Below, in pieces: positions 24,332 to 37,600 of a DNA stretch of 64,000 nucleotides. The notes beneath the pieces are model-generated. The model made no database searches and was not told where the DNA came from. It was given only the letters and a program-made list of their open reading frames with translations. The position numbers and the translations under genes are program-made. How positions within the stretch are numbered: position 1 is the stretch's first letter; every line of letters starts with the position of its first letter. Origin of the DNA: Selaginella moellendorffii (Eukaryota > Plantae > Lycopodiophyta); assembly GCF_000143415.4 (NCBI RefSeq), contig NW_003314334.1:186001-250000 (forward strand), read 5' to 3'.

Positions 24332-26989
24332 ATGCCCCCTGCCCTTGGTTGGCTCAACGAGGATGCCTTCACTTCTCTTCTCCGATCGTGTGCCAGGGCC
24401 AGGGATCTCATCCAGGGCCGCAAGATCCACGCTCGGATCCTCTCCTCGAGCCGGCGGACGAGCGTTTTCATCGCGAATCACATTCTCCTCATGTACTGCG
24501 CGTGCGGGAGCTTGGGCGAGGCGAGGGCAGTGTTCCATGGGATCGCGCAGCCAAACACAGTGTCGTGGAATATCCTGGCCGCGGCGTGCGCGCAAGCGGG
24601 AGAGATCTCCGAATCGCGCGCCCTCTTCGACAGCAATCCCAGGCGAGACGTGGTGTCGTGGAATTCGCTGTGCCGCGCGTATGCCTCGGGAGGGCAATGC
24701 CACCACGCAGCGGCGGTGATCCACAGCATGCCAATGCACGATGCCGTGTCCTGGAATTCATGGATCTCGCTCCACGCCCAGGCCGGAGACGTCGCGGGAG
24801 TGAAGCTCCTGTTCGATGCGGCTCCCCAGCGCAGCCATGTCTCGTGGAACCTCGTCATCAAGACGTGCGCGCAAGGGGGGCATACCCGCGGCGCCAAAGA
24901 CGTGTTCGATCGCGCGCCAGGATGGGACAATGTCTGCTGGATCAGTATGATCCTTGCAGCGTCCGAAGAGGGGCAAATCGCGCAATCAAAATCTATCTTC
25001 GACTCCATGCCTGAGAGGGATCCCCAGGTCTGGAACACCATGATCACTGCATATACCCAAACTGGGTATGTTGAGAAAGGCAAAAGACTCTACGAAAAGA
25101 TGCCATTGCAAGACACAGTCTCCAGCACCGCACTCCTGGCGGCATATTCGCAGAGCAGCAGCGTCCAGGATGCGCAGCATTTGTTCCACTCACTGCCCTA
25201 CAAAGACGGGGTGACGTGGACGACGATGCTGACGGTATTTGCCCAGAAAGGGGAAATCTGTCTCGCAGAGGAGCTGTACCGAAGGATGCCGCAGTGGGAC
25301 GTGGTGTCGTGGACGGCCATGATGTGGGGTTTTGCAGCAAACGGCCATCCCGGACGTGCAAAGGGAATGTTCGATTTGATGCCTCAGCGGAACCTTGTGT
25401 CGTGGAACTCGATCCTTTCCGCTTTTGCGCAGCAGGGGGAGTTTGAACACGCGACGCTTCTCTTTGATGAGATGCCCTTGAGGGATGCGCTGACATGGAC
25501 GGCCATGATTGCGGCACACGCGCAGCACGGCCATCTCGGCGAGGCAAAGGCCTTCTTTTCCAAAATGCCACTGCACCACGCACTGTCGCTCAAGTCGATG
25601 TGCCAGGCGTACGCTTCGGCCGGAGAGACTGGCAACGCGAAGCGAATGTTCGATTCCATCCCCGAGCGCGATGCCTTCGTGTGGAACACGATGATTGGCG
25701 CATTCGCGTGGTGCGGCGAGAGGCTGGCCGAGGCAAGATCCGCCTTCGAGCTGATGCCGTGTCGGAACATCGTGTCGTGGAACACAATCGTGAGGAGCTA
25801 CGCCACTTCGGGCGCCGCCCTCGATCAAACCGAGCTCCTCTTCGACTGGATGCCCGAGAGAGACGACATCTCCTGGGCGATCTTGCTGGGAGCCTACTCC
25901 GACCACGCATGCCTCGCCCAGGCGAAGTCCCTGTTTGATGCCATGCCCAAGAGCGACGTCGTCCCGTGGAACATCATCATCACCGCATATTCCCACTCCC
26001 GCCAGCCGGACGACGCCCGCCGTGCGTTTGAAAAGATTCCCGCGCGGGCGCCTGCCACCTGGACGGCCATGATTGCCGGGAGCGCCCAGAACGGGGATCT
26101 CCCCGCTGCCAAGCGGCTCTTCGACGGCTCCCCGGAACGCACGCTCGTATCATGGAACGCGATGCTTGGGGCGTACGGGGGATCCGGGAATCATACGAAT
26201 CTCCTGGAGCAAGTGTTCGGAAAGATGGCCGCGAGGGACAGCGTTTCGTGGACGACGCTTGTGACGGCATTTGCACGGAGAGGGCGGATGGACCAAGCGG
26301 CGGATGCCCTGGGAAAGATGCCCAAGGAGGACACCGCGGCGTGGAACTCGTTGCTCCATGGATATGCCCAGACTGGGGATCTGGAAGGTGCGCGGAGGAC
26401 GTTCGATGGTACCAGACACAAGGACACTGCGTCATGGGCTACCATGGTCGGGGCATATGCCCGCGTTGGCTGCCTTGAGGAAGTTAGCAGACTCTTTTGT
26501 GAAATGCCCAGCAAGGACTTGGTGTCGTGGAACACTGTTATTGCAGCATATGCCCAAAACGGGCATCACCGGGAGGCGTTTGAGTGCTTTCGACTCATGA
26601 GCTTGGAAGGCTTGACACCGGATGAGATCACCTTCTCCGCCGTGCTGGCTGCCTGCAGCCACATCGGGCTCATGGACGTGAGTGTCTCTTGGTTTGCTTG
26701 CATTGGTGGCGACTTTGGGTTTTGCGCGACTGGAGATCACTACTGCTCCATGGTTGACATCTTTGCTCGCTGCGGTAGGCTTGACGAGGCGGCCGAGCTC
26801 GTGGAAAGCATGCCGTTTTGGCCTGGCCAAGTTGCGTGGAGGACGCTTCTCGGCGCTTGCAGGACGCAGGAGCAAATCAATCTTGCTTTGGTAGCGGCGC
26901 GGCGGGCTCCCGAGGTGGAGAGTCAAGGCGGCCCCGCGGCTTATCTTCTCTTGGCCAATCTGCTCTCGCACTCCAGCCAACGTGAGTAA
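24332..26989 (+). CDS. PLS-class PPR protein dominated by tandem S/SS motifs, with E domain
   Basis: Intronless 885-aa ORF with many 31-aa repeats (FDxMPxRDxVSWNxM), ending HYCSMVDIFARCG..MPFWP..W.TLLGAC..YLLLAN. Confidence 0.95.
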   Translation: MPPALGWLNEDAFTSLLRSCARARDLIQGRKIHARILSSSRRTSVFIANHILLMYCACGSLGEARAVFHGIAQPNTVSWNILAAACAQAGEISESRALFDSNPRRDVVSWNSLCRAYASGGQCHHAAAVIHSMPMHDAVSWNSWISLHAQAGDVAGVKLLFDAAPQRSHVSWNLVIKTCAQGGHTRGAKDVFDRAPGWDNVCWISMILAASEEGQIAQSKSIFDSMPERDPQVWNTMITAYTQTGYVEKGKRLYEKMPLQDTVSSTALLAAYSQSSSVQDAQHLFHSLPYKDGVTWTTMLTVFAQKGEICLAEELYRRMPQWDVVSWTAMMWGFAANGHPGRAKGMFDLMPQRNLVSWNSILSAFAQQGEFEHATLLFDEMPLRDALTWTAMIAAHAQHGHLGEAKAFFSKMPLHHALSLKSMCQAYASAGETGNAKRMFDSIPERDAFVWNTMIGAFAWCGERLAEARSAFELMPCRNIVSWNTIVRSYATSGAALDQTELLFDWMPERDDISWAILLGAYSDHACLAQAKSLFDAMPKSDVVPWNIIITAYSHSRQPDDARRAFEKIPARAPATWTAMIAGSAQNGDLPAAKRLFDGSPERTLVSWNAMLGAYGGSGNHTNLLEQVFGKMAARDSVSWTTLVTAFARRGRMDQAADALGKMPKEDTAAWNSLLHGYAQTGDLEGARRTFDGTRHKDTASWATMVGAYARVGCLEEVSRLFCEMPSKDLVSWNTVIAAYAQNGHHREAFECFRLMSLEGLTPDEITFSAVLAACSHIGLMDVSVSWFACIGGDFGFCATGDHYCSMVDIFARCGRLDEAAELVESMPFWPGQVAWRTLLGACRTQEQINLALVAARRAPEVESQGGPAAYLLLANLLSHSSQRE

Positions 26990-27520
26990 AGTGGAGATCT
27001 TGTGGGATTGCAGAATCCTATTTGATGAGCACACAAACACAAACAACAGGAGAAACTCTGCCACTAGGAAGAGGAAAGAGGTTTTGATATCAGATCTTTC
27101 GAGTGGAATTTTGTTCAAACGCTCCTCTGTCATTGACTATACATTGGCTTTACACCAAAAAAGAGCGGATCAGCAACACCAACTTTGATGTTTCCATTGT
27201 GCGGTTCTTTCCTAGTCAACAAAGGAGAGCATGAAACGACGGAAGGCCGACTCTTGCCTTATGATGTTGGCTGTTTGGACACTGGTCCGATTGAGGAGGA
27301 AGATTTGGAGCTGGATGAAACTGGCCATCCAAACATGGATATTGTCGTTCTTCTTGAGAAAGGTAGGCTCTGATCGCGGTGGCGGCTTTCATGGGTCATC
27401 TTTCTTGTTTTGCAGTGCCACAGGTGAGGAAGCATTTTTCATTGTTGTTGCCCCTGGAGCGAGCGGAAGTTGGGAGGATCCAGCGTCTCATTCCAGGGAT
27501 GAGATCACCAAGAGAAATCT

Positions 27521-29220
27521 CGATCTCATACAGGATCACCAGGTCCAGGCTCATATCCTCTCCTCGAGCCGGCAGATCAGCGATTTCATCGCAAAATCAC
27601 GTTTTCCTCATGTACGGGGCGCGAGCTTGGGCGAGTGTCTGATGGAATTGCGCAGCATGTCATACGCAAACGGGAGAAGTCCACGAGTCGCGCGACAGCA
27701 ATGACGTGGCGTCGTACGAATTTGTGGATCTTGTTCCACGCTCCGTTGGCCTGTTCGATGCGGCTCCTCGGCGCAGCCATGTTTCGTGGGACCTCGTGAT
27801 CAAGACGTACGCGCAAAATGGGGGGGACACACTCGCGGCGTCGCGCCTGATGGCGAATCATCAATCCAAAGTAACGCATATTCACAGAGAGCAGCTGTAC
27901 CACTCAATGCCGTACAAAGACGCGGTGATGCTGATGGCATATGCCCAAACGGGGAAACCTGTCTGCCTCTGGGACGTGGTGTGGGCTTTGCAGCGAACGG
28001 CGATCCCGGCGATCAAAGGCGGCGTTTGATTTGATGCGTGGAACAGGGGAGCTCGATCACGCCAAGCTTGTCTTCGATGGCATGCCCTTCACTGACGCGG
28101 ACGCCGATGACGCGCAGCACGGCCATCTCAACGACCCCACGCCCTTCCTTCTCAAAATGCCGCTGCGCCGATGTCGATGTGCTTCGGCCAGAAAGATCAT
28201 CCGTGTGGAACACGATGATTTGCCGCATTCACGTCGTGCGGTGAGAGGGTGGCCGACGCAAGGCCTGCCTTTGAGCAATTGAGCTGATGCCGTGTCGGAA
28301 CAGGAACACAATCGTGAGGAGCTACGCCTCTTCCGCCTATCAAACTAAGCTTCTCTTTGGAGATCTCTTGGGCCTCCTGCGACCACGCCTGCCTCGCCCA
28401 GGCAAAATGCCTGCCCAAAAGCGACGTCTCATTTGGAAAGATTCCCGTGCGAGGTGCCTGCCACCTGGATGGCATGATTGCGGAGGGTGCTGCCACCTGG
28501 ATTCGGGCATCATACGCATCTCCTGAAGCTTTGGGGCAGCATGGCACGGTTTCGAATGGTCACTAGGAAAGACGACACCGCGACGAACATGCCCAGAGTG
28601 GGGATATGGAAGGGTCTGATTGTACTAGTTACAGGGGCGCTGCGTCGTGGTCTACCATGGTAGGGGCATATGACCGGGATGGCTGCCTTGAATAAGCTAG
28701 AATCCTCATTCGCGAAATGCTCAGGAAGGACGAGGTGTTGTGAAAAATGTTGTTGCTGCATATGCCCAAAGGGGGTATCCCTGAGAGGCATTTCGTTGCT
28801 TCCGAAGGCGACAGCCATATCAGGCTCATGGACTTGAGCGTCACTTGATTCGCTTGTATCTGCAGCGACTTTGGGTTTGCCCCACTGGAAAATCACTACG
28901 TACTGTTCCAAGGTTGAGCTCGTGGAAAGCATGCCGTTCTGTCCGGGCTGCAGGGTCATCTCTTACCTTCTCTTGCCCAATAGGCTCCAGCTAACTTCAG
29001 TGAAGTGGATGCTTGAGAGGAGCACTATCACATAGATAGACTCACAGGAATCATATCTCCAGAGAAATTCTACCATTCAAAACGTATCAGATCTCTTGGG
29101 GGGGGGAAGGTAAACGGTTTTGTACAAACGCTCCTCTGTCATGCCACACACATTGGCTTGCACCAAGAAGAATGGAAATAATCCCCTTCTTGCTAGCTAC
29201 GCCAACTTTGATGTTCCCAT
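27521..29220 (+). pseudogene. Degenerate tandem copy of the 24332-26989 PPR gene, including its 3' flank
   Basis: Colinear matches, e.g. ATCCTCTCCTCGAGCCGG, CGCAGCCATGT, GAGCTGATGCCGTGTCGGAACA, GAGCTCGTGGAAAGCATGCCGTT, AAACGCTCCTCTGTCAT and CCAACTTTGATGTT. Many deletions, frameshifts and stops. Confidence 0.88.
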
Positions 29221-30569
29221 CGAACGCCATTGACAATCTTGAGCATGGAACACAAACAGAGCTGTCTTCTTTGATTGTGTCACAGTATCTCGCGGATGAT
29301 GGGGAAACTCGGTCAAAGAAGTTTATAGCAAGGAGGAAATAAAGTGGAGTAGGATGAGCTCATGAGCTCGGCCTTTGTCGTTGAGGTTGAGAGGCGTACG
29401 GGGGCTACGTTAGTCAACGCAGGAGGCGGCCTATGATATGGACGCCACCTCAGCCGGCTCAAGTCAACGGAAACGGGACCCATCCCCTTTTGGCGCTATG
29501 ACGTTGGCCAAAGGGAAATTACACGTGTTTTGCCCCATGGATCAGCCAAGCTAGCCACGCCACCCGCGCTGATTTACACCCACATACACCGCAACAACGC
29601 TTTGGGATCTGGAAACATCGATTCCAACGCTCACAGTGTTGGTGAAAAGCAAGACTCAAAAAATAAAGGGAAGAGAGATTCGAAAATGTACATGGGCAAT
29701 GTAATGTTTGCATATAGAAGCGATCAATCACGATGTTGTAGGTGGTGAAACAAATATTATATTCCCGGATCCCCTTCTCTTATAATGTAAAGTTTACAAA
29801 CAGGTGTGATCAAACTGCAAGCTCAGCTTACCTACCTTGTAGCTTGGACGCAATGCGAATCTTCGCATGAGATTCGGGCAAAAAGTAAACGGGGCATTCC
29901 AGAATAGTTAGGCACGTGGACCGGTTTTCGGCGTTGGATCTTCTCGTCACTAAAAAACTAATCTTGTTTATACACGACTCAAACTCCCGCCCAGTCCGTA
30001 CGCTTTGGTTCCCAAAATCTGATGCTGTTCTTGTTTATATTAACGTGATTTGTGTTGTTGTATAGTGCCTCTTTTTTTCTTTTCTCTCCTTTCCATTTTC
30101 CCCCTTCTTGGCTCCAAGACAAGAGAGAGAGAAGAGGGACAGGGGGGAGATTATTTGCGCTTTGCATGCCATACATTCATCGTCTAGATTATAGGATCGC
30201 GAGCGCCTCTTCTCTCGGATCGCCACGCGACGCGATCGTCAATCGGATCGAGGCGCCGGGCGCGGCAGCTCTGGAATGCGGTTCGATTGAGGCGGTTTGT
30301 GCAATCCTTTACCTAATTCTCCGCGCTGCCTGCGCCCTTTTCTCCTCCCCCCGCGGATCGCCAGCGGCTGCTTCTCTAGAGCGCTCTCTTGAATCCGAGG
30401 CCACGAGCGGCAATCCTGCGCTCAGCCGAGGTTTTTGAGGTAAAATTTCCATGCCGCCAGCTTGCATGGCGCCTTAGAGCTGGGGAATTTGTTGCATGGC
30501 TCGCAAATCGATTGATTCGTGCGTTGGATCTTGTGCTGTACAGGTTTTGTCGGTGCTTTTTCAGGAAAG

Positions 30570-33500
30570 ATGGAATCCTCGCAAGCATTTCCGCCCGACA
30601 GCCCGGTCATTGCCGGGAAATCTTGCTTCAACTCACACAAGGTCGCGTCCAGGGCGTCATCCACGGAATCGTTGCAGAGGACGGCCGAGTTTAAGCAAGA
30701 GATGAGAGAGAACTCGCCACCGGACACCAAGGAGGAGGAGAAGCCCGGCTTCCTTACAGCTTTATGGAGAAAGTTCCGCAGAAAAGACCAGGACGGGCTC
30801 GGGACTTACGCTGGTGTGCTCATCCCGACTTGTGAAAATATGTGGGGTAAGCTGCTGCCGGTTTCCATCTCCTTTTCTTTGTCAATTCTCACACACTTTG
30901 CCCGTGTGTGCTTTCAGGAGTTTTGATTTTCTTGAGGTTCTTCTACATCGTTGGGAATGCTGGAGTATGGCAATCCTTCTTGGTGGCCATCATCTCCTTC
31001 CTCTGCGCGCTGTTGACAACCATGTCGTTGAGTGCTGTCGCTACAAATGGTCCTATAGAAGAAGGTGGCACATAGTAAGTCGTCGAGTTCTCGTGAAGTT
31101 GAAAGTCATTCTTCTGTTGGCTGGCAGCTATCTGATATCGAGAGCGCTGGGTCCTAAGTTTGGAGGCGCAGTTGGATGCCTGTACTACATCGGAGTAATG
31201 CTTCTTGCAGTTCTCGAAGTAAGTCGGTCTGAACTTCAAGCTTACAGTGAATCGTGATCTTCATAAATGCTATGCTTCCGTCTTTGTGCAGGCACTCGGT
31301 GCCGTGGAGATGTTGGAATTTACCTTCTCAGCATTTCGCTTTCCATCTGCAAATCGGATCATTGGTCTGATCATACTCTTTGCTCTTGGACTACTGGTAG
31401 GAATAGTTTTGTTGTCGGTTCAGTTCCTTCTTGTGGCAAGACTCAAATGATTTTACTGAACTGCGTGGTTCTCTTGTGTTGACAGGTCTATTTTGGGATC
31501 AAATTTGTTTCCAAGCTAGGCATTGCGTTTTTCCTTGTTGTGCTTTATACCATGTTGTCGTATTACCTTGGTTTGTTTACGGCGCCTAATGGAAATGTAC
31601 CTCCCAGCTTAACTGGCCTTTCGTGGAAAACATTCAAAAGTAACTGGGGTCCAGGATATGAACCTGGTGTTTCATTTTCAGTCGTTTTATCGATTTTCTT
31701 TCCATGCTTCACTGGAATTCTCAGGTAACCGCTTTCTCAAGTGAAAACTCTTGTTGTAACTTAATGTCATCTGTTCTTGACAGTGGTGCAGATAGAGCAA
31801 AAAATCTCTGGCAGCCGGAGAGATCCATTCCGTCTGGAACTCTTGGAGCGATCGTGATCAGCTTTATAATCTACACATCGTATCTGGGTTTGTGGGCTGC
31901 TGTTGGAACCCGAAAGTACTTACTCGGGCAGGATGTTGGACGCGTGCATTCTGGAGAGGGAAGGTTGCAGGCGATGAAAGACGTCGCCTTTCCCTTGCCA
32001 ATATTGACGCAGCTGGGTATTATCATTGCCTCGCTAGCACAAGCTTTGCAATGCTTAATCACCTCGCCTCGTCTACTCCAGGTCAGTTCTTTTTGCTGGC
32101 AACGACTTGTTGGTTCCTTCTTTCTGATCGTTTGATCTTTCAGGCCATCGCTGGAGACCGGATCATTCCTTTCCTGAATCGGCTATCTTCTACCACAGAA
32201 AATGGCGAACCCCGAAGGGCGCTGATCTTTACTACTATACTGTGTATGATGGCTGCTATGATCGGAAGTTTGGACAAGATTGCCCCACTAGTTTCGATAT
32301 GTTTTCTTACTTGTTACGCGGCACTGAACCTCTCGTGTTTCATACTGTCGATCATGCAAGCACCAAGGTATGTCCCGTCCCTTTCACTTCTAAAGTTCAA
32401 AGGCCTTATTCGGTGTCATTTCAGCTGGAGACCGAAATGGAAACACTACCACTGGTTCTTCGCTCTTCTAGGATTTTTCCTGTGCTCCGCAATGAACTTT
32501 TTTATAGTCTGGTATTGGGCTTTAGCTGCCATGGTGGTTGTGGGGATTATTTACGGGTACATAGACTACCGCCAGGTACTCATAAGTGAACATCTTGGTA
32601 AATTGCAGGCCTCTAATTCGTTTCTTACTTCCAGGTTGAGGTTGACTGGGGAACTGGATTAGGAGGATTAAGATGGCAATTGGCGGTCCAGAGCATTTTG
32701 TCTGTCGGTCGCGAGGCTCGGTACACGGTCAATTGGAGACCGCAGCTTTTATGCCTTTCTAAACCACGATCTTCGTGGTCCGCTGATGCTCATGCTGGGC
32801 ACGAACTTTTATCCTTCGCATCTCAGCTGAAAAAGGTAACTGACCATGTCACGAAGACTTGAGTGTGCTGAAGTCTTCCTTAACAGGGTAAAGGTTTATG
32901 CGTCGTTAGTGTCGTTCTTGAAGGAAAACTTGAGGATATGATGCCACAAATAACAGCAGAAAGCGTATGTATCACATGCTTGTTTCTGTTCTCTCTACAC
33001 CGGAAATTATTTTCACTGCAGGTAGAGCTTGAGAATTGTATGCAAGCTGCTCAAGTTACTGGCTTTTCTCGCGTTTTTGTCGCGCCGTCTTACCGCGAGG
33101 GGAAAACTTACGCGATTCAATCATCTGGTTTGGGATCGTTAGAACCAAATACATTGCTCCTGGGATGGCCAAAAAACTGGCGAAACGGAGAAGAGAAAAA
33201 CAGTGCTGAGGTATGTTTCTTTGTGTCAAGTCTGGAAGATAGACGAACGGGTTTTTGTTCAAGCAGGTGCTCTTGGAAACTTTGGGAGAATGCAGAGCTG
33301 TAGATAAGGCAGTCGTGCTCTGTATGCATTTGGATGTGTTCCCTAGCAACGGAAGCACGCAGGAGGGGAACATTGACGTTTGGTGGATTGTCCACGATGG
33401 TGGCCTTCTACTGATGCTGGCCCATTTGATAAACCAGCATAAGGTCTGGCGGAAATGTAAATTGCGAGTACACACTGTTGCGGAAAGACTTGACAACTCA

Positions 33501-34521
33501 GAGGAGGTCAAGAACAATCTGCGCAAGCTTTTGGATAAGGTATGGCATTCACATATACGGGTGCAAGAGTTCAACATATTTCACTTTCAGGTTCGCATTG
33601 TAGCTGATGTGGAAGTTCTCGAGCTCGAGGACGCGGATTTGGCTCCTTATACATTTGACAACACGATACGCATGGAGGAGGCACTGGCGTATGCAACTGA
33701 AGTTGCCCAGTTTCGGTAAGCTGTTCCTTGGGTTTCGTTATTTGTTACATTTCATTTGGACGCACAGGAAACGGGCCGAGAGGGAGACCAAGCCCGGGAA
33801 AGGTGGGAACTACAAGGCCCTGCAGAAGTTTTTCAAGAGGGCCTTCCCTGGCGAGCTAAGTTTGCTGCGTGGCGCCTCACCAATCAGCCGGCGTCCTCGA
33901 TGGGCTCAGCGCTCATCCAAAGCACACTCCGTAGAGGGTCAAGCGTCGCCGGAGTCTGTGCATGACGATGAGCCAGAGAGCTCGACAGCCAACCAGCAAG
34001 TTGCGACAGAGGAGAAGGCGGAGAGTTTCTCCAAAGAAGAGCACGACAATCACAATGCTGCTGCTGGGGGTGATGACGAACAGGAAGAGAGCAAGTCGGA
34101 CTTGGAGATCGTAGTGGAAGGGGTAGCTTCCGAGTTCGCACAGGAGAAGGCAAGACGAAACATCTTCAGGGCCAAGAGCGCGGGACAGTTGCCTCCAATC
34201 AGGGAAGGAAAGATGTTCCGCACTGCAAGCGAAGGCCAGCTCTTCCACGGCTCGCCGCTGCTCCTGGGGAGCACTCCCGACATCAACGTGGTGCCGATGA
34301 AGAGAACCTGGCATACTTTCAGCCAGAGCTACTCGGCCAAGAAGCTAAACGAGATTATCGTGGAGCAATCCAAGTCAGCGCAGCTCGTCTTGCTCAATCT
34401 CCCGGATCACTACGAGGGAATGGAGCCGTGGAGGTATATGGAGTATTGCGAGGAGCTCACGCAGGGACTGCAAAGGGTGGTGCTTGTGAGGGGAACAGGG
34501 ACCGAGCTCTGGAGCGGATGA
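30570..34521 (+). CDS. CCC: Cation-chloride cotransporter (SLC12/CCC), probably the non-angiosperm CCC2 type, multi-exon
   Basis: LGTYAGVLIPTCENMWG, YLISRALGPKFGGAVG, FFPCFTGILSG, SIPSGT, SWRPKW, NWRPQLL, GLGSLEPNT, IDVWWIVHDGGLL, LVLLNLP, VVLVRGTG. Confidence 0.92.
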
Positions 34522-34616
34522 AAGAAAGACTTTGCGGATTCTATACATACATAAATGGATCAAGCGAGATAGTCTTATGATGGAGCGGTATATCTTGTTA
34601 GAAAATTCACGTGTAT

Positions 34617-34620
<4 letters not shown>

Positions 34621-34653
<33 letters not shown>

Positions 34654-34656
34654 GTG
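34621..34656. repeat. (TG)n microsatellite between the convergent CCC and RAD16-like genes
   Basis: (TG)14 CG (TG)3. The two stop codons are 164 bp apart. Confidence 0.95.
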
Positions 34657-34685
34657 TATACAAGAACGCTTGGATCGATTTTTCC

Positions 34686-37600
34686 TCAGGTTGCGAAAAG
34701 AAATCGAAGGTCTTGTTCGGTTAACTTGCCTAGCGCTTGCTCGGAACCACCAACAGTCCTGCGCAAAAGCATTCGATAATCATTCTCGATACTATAAAAC
34801 TATGATGACTTACCCTTCAAAAACCAGCTGCTTCTTCTCCTGTAGTTTGAGAATGCGTTCTTCCACAGAATTCTCGATAACGAATCTAGTCACCCTGGAT
34901 TTAAATCGAAGGTTTAGTTGCTGGAACACCTCTTCCTTAAGAATGCCTACCTGATGGGCTTGTATTGGCCTATGCGGTGGATTCTGTCTTGAGCTTGATG
35001 CTCCACTGCTGGATTCCACCACGGGTCCATCAAAAAAATCTGCAAAAACAAAAAAGGATACGTTCGTTAAGCTCGCAGCACAAGCCAAGACGAAGCTTAC
35101 GTATGATGCTACAGTTAGATTGAGCGCCACGCCGCCGGCCTTGAGACTCATGAGGAAGAGCTTACACTCTGGGTCGTTCCTAAATGTGTCAATGGCAGTG
35201 CTTCGCTGAGACAAGGACATGCCACCATCGAGTTTTACACATTTGACTCCAGCCTGCATGAGAAAACTGGCTAGTAAAAAGAGCTTCCAAAGGCAGAGCT
35301 AGAACTTACGAGTTCAAAAGAGTATCCAATCAAGTCCAGCATTGACGTAAACTGGCTGAATACCAGACCCTTGGCAGATGTATCCTTCGAGATCATCTTC
35401 TTAACTTCCTCCTTCTGCGATCGGCAATAAGGATAAAGGAAACTGTGAATTTGTTCAGCTACTCACCAGAGCCTCGATTTTGGTGCTTGTAACGAAATCA
35501 TTCAAATCCAGTCTGTTGATGATGCTCCCTTTTCTATAGCCTGTTAACTTCTTTCCAACAACCTTTGAGCTCTTGGCATCAACCGTGAGAGGCGTCTCGC
35601 ATCTTGGGCAAGCTATCTTGGTGTCCTCGGAGCCTTCCGACAGTAAATTCTCCAGACATGATCGACAAAACGTGTCCTTGCATTTTGCAGACTGCAGACA
35701 TTGTTGAAGTCAGCTGCCAAGGAGAAAATACTACATACCACAGGATCAATGCAGTCCTCGTCACAAATTACACAGAGAGGAGTAGTCACAGATACTCCCG
35801 ACGCGCCAGTAGCAGAGTGAACGACAAGATAAGGATGGTCCACTGCCTGGCGTAATCTGGTAAGCAGGTCAAATATGTGACCATAGTTGTTGAGAACGGA
35901 TCCTTCTTTCACGTATCTGGAGCCCGGCATTGTCAACTCGTCGTTTAGAAAAGATCTAAGACTTACGTGTTAAAGACGGATTTGCTCTGTGAGTATAAAG
36001 ACTGATAATAATCATCCTCTTTGGCATCAAAAACTACCTTCCGCACGAACGACTGCAGGCCAGAGCGCATTCAGAATGAAGTCCATCAAACAAACACATT
36101 TAGAGAAGTCCCACCAGTTTTGGAGGCATAGAGAGGTCTGCTGCACGTTCGATTTTGGTCCGCCGCAGGAGCATTTCATCCAGCAGCTTTTGCCTCAGTA
36201 ACTTCATAGATTTCCCACCTCCCTGTTGAAATCCGAACCTTGAAATAGGCTGAGCAATAAACTGCAAAGAACAAGCGGTTCAAATGTGTCCATAATACAG
36301 GCAAAACTTACTTTGTTCCACCAACAAAAATGAAGTGTGCTGGCGTGCTCACACTTATCGCACATTGTCGCCCTACAACAGAACATCAACATCCGAGAGA
36401 AAACAACACATCGAAACTTACGAGTATTCGAGCGATTTACAGTCACACTTCTTACAGAAAAAATACGCATAAGGATTTATTTCCAAATAACGAACCTGCA
36501 GATAAAAGGAAAAAAAAAGTCAAGCCAAGAAAAAAACAACCGTGAAATATCCTTACAAGTGAATAAAGTTCGCCAACGCGATTCTGCAGCGGTGTACCAC
36601 TTAAGCCCCACTTGTAACAAGACTGCAGTGCAAACACCGACTTGGCAGTATTGGAGGCTCTATCCTTTATCGTGTGTGCCTGAAATCCGTATGGTAGAGT
36701 CACACGCTAGAGTTGGGACGTATCATACCTCATCGAGGATAATTCGCACCCATTTCACGGAATGCAGAAGCGAAAAATCATCTTTGGCCGCACTCCCTTT
36801 CCTCTGATTCACCACCTTCTTCACTTCCTTTTTTTTTCCCTTCTTCTGCTTGGATTGCGCCGCACTCTTTTTGGCCTCGGGTCCACAGTGATACTTGTAA
36901 TGCTTCGCCAACCCTTGCGCGGAGTAAGCTTTCTGGCACCATTTGCACCTCAGCTTGTCGGGCAGGATCTTGCGATAGTCGTGCTCGATAATCGAATACG
37001 TCGTCAAAACCACGTCGTGCTTGGCCAACTCCTTGACAGTTATATGCTTCCGGTTTCCATGGTAGATAAGCACCTTCAAAGTCCCTTCCTTGGTGAACCG
37101 TTCTATCTCACTCTTCCACTGCTCGATTGCCACCACCGGACAAACCACCAGAGTCGTGTTGAGATTTTTCGCATCAGGAGCATTCGGGTCGTGCCCGTGT
37201 CCTGCTGTTCTGCCTGCAATGATGAGTGAGATGGCCTGGATAGTTTTTCCCATCCCCATCTCGTCGGCAAGAACACCACCCCGCATGTTTGACTCCTCCC
37301 GCGACAAACTCCACGTTAGAAACTCCCCTTGAAACGGCAGCAGTGGAAACACGAGCTCCGATGGCGTCTCGTGCTGCGCCAGGACTTTCTTCTTCGGCTG
37401 ATCCTCTTCCATGTCGTCGTCACCCCATCTGCTGCATTTCCCCATCTTCACTATATCCGTCTCCAACTCTCGAGCCCACTGCTTCCATTCCAAGTTCTCG
37501 GTGGCGGGATCATAGTTGTCGTCGTCATCCTCGTCTTGCACAGCCTTCTTGCTCTTTTTCGCTTTCTTCCTTCTGCTTGGCCCCGTCCAGTCCTCGAACT

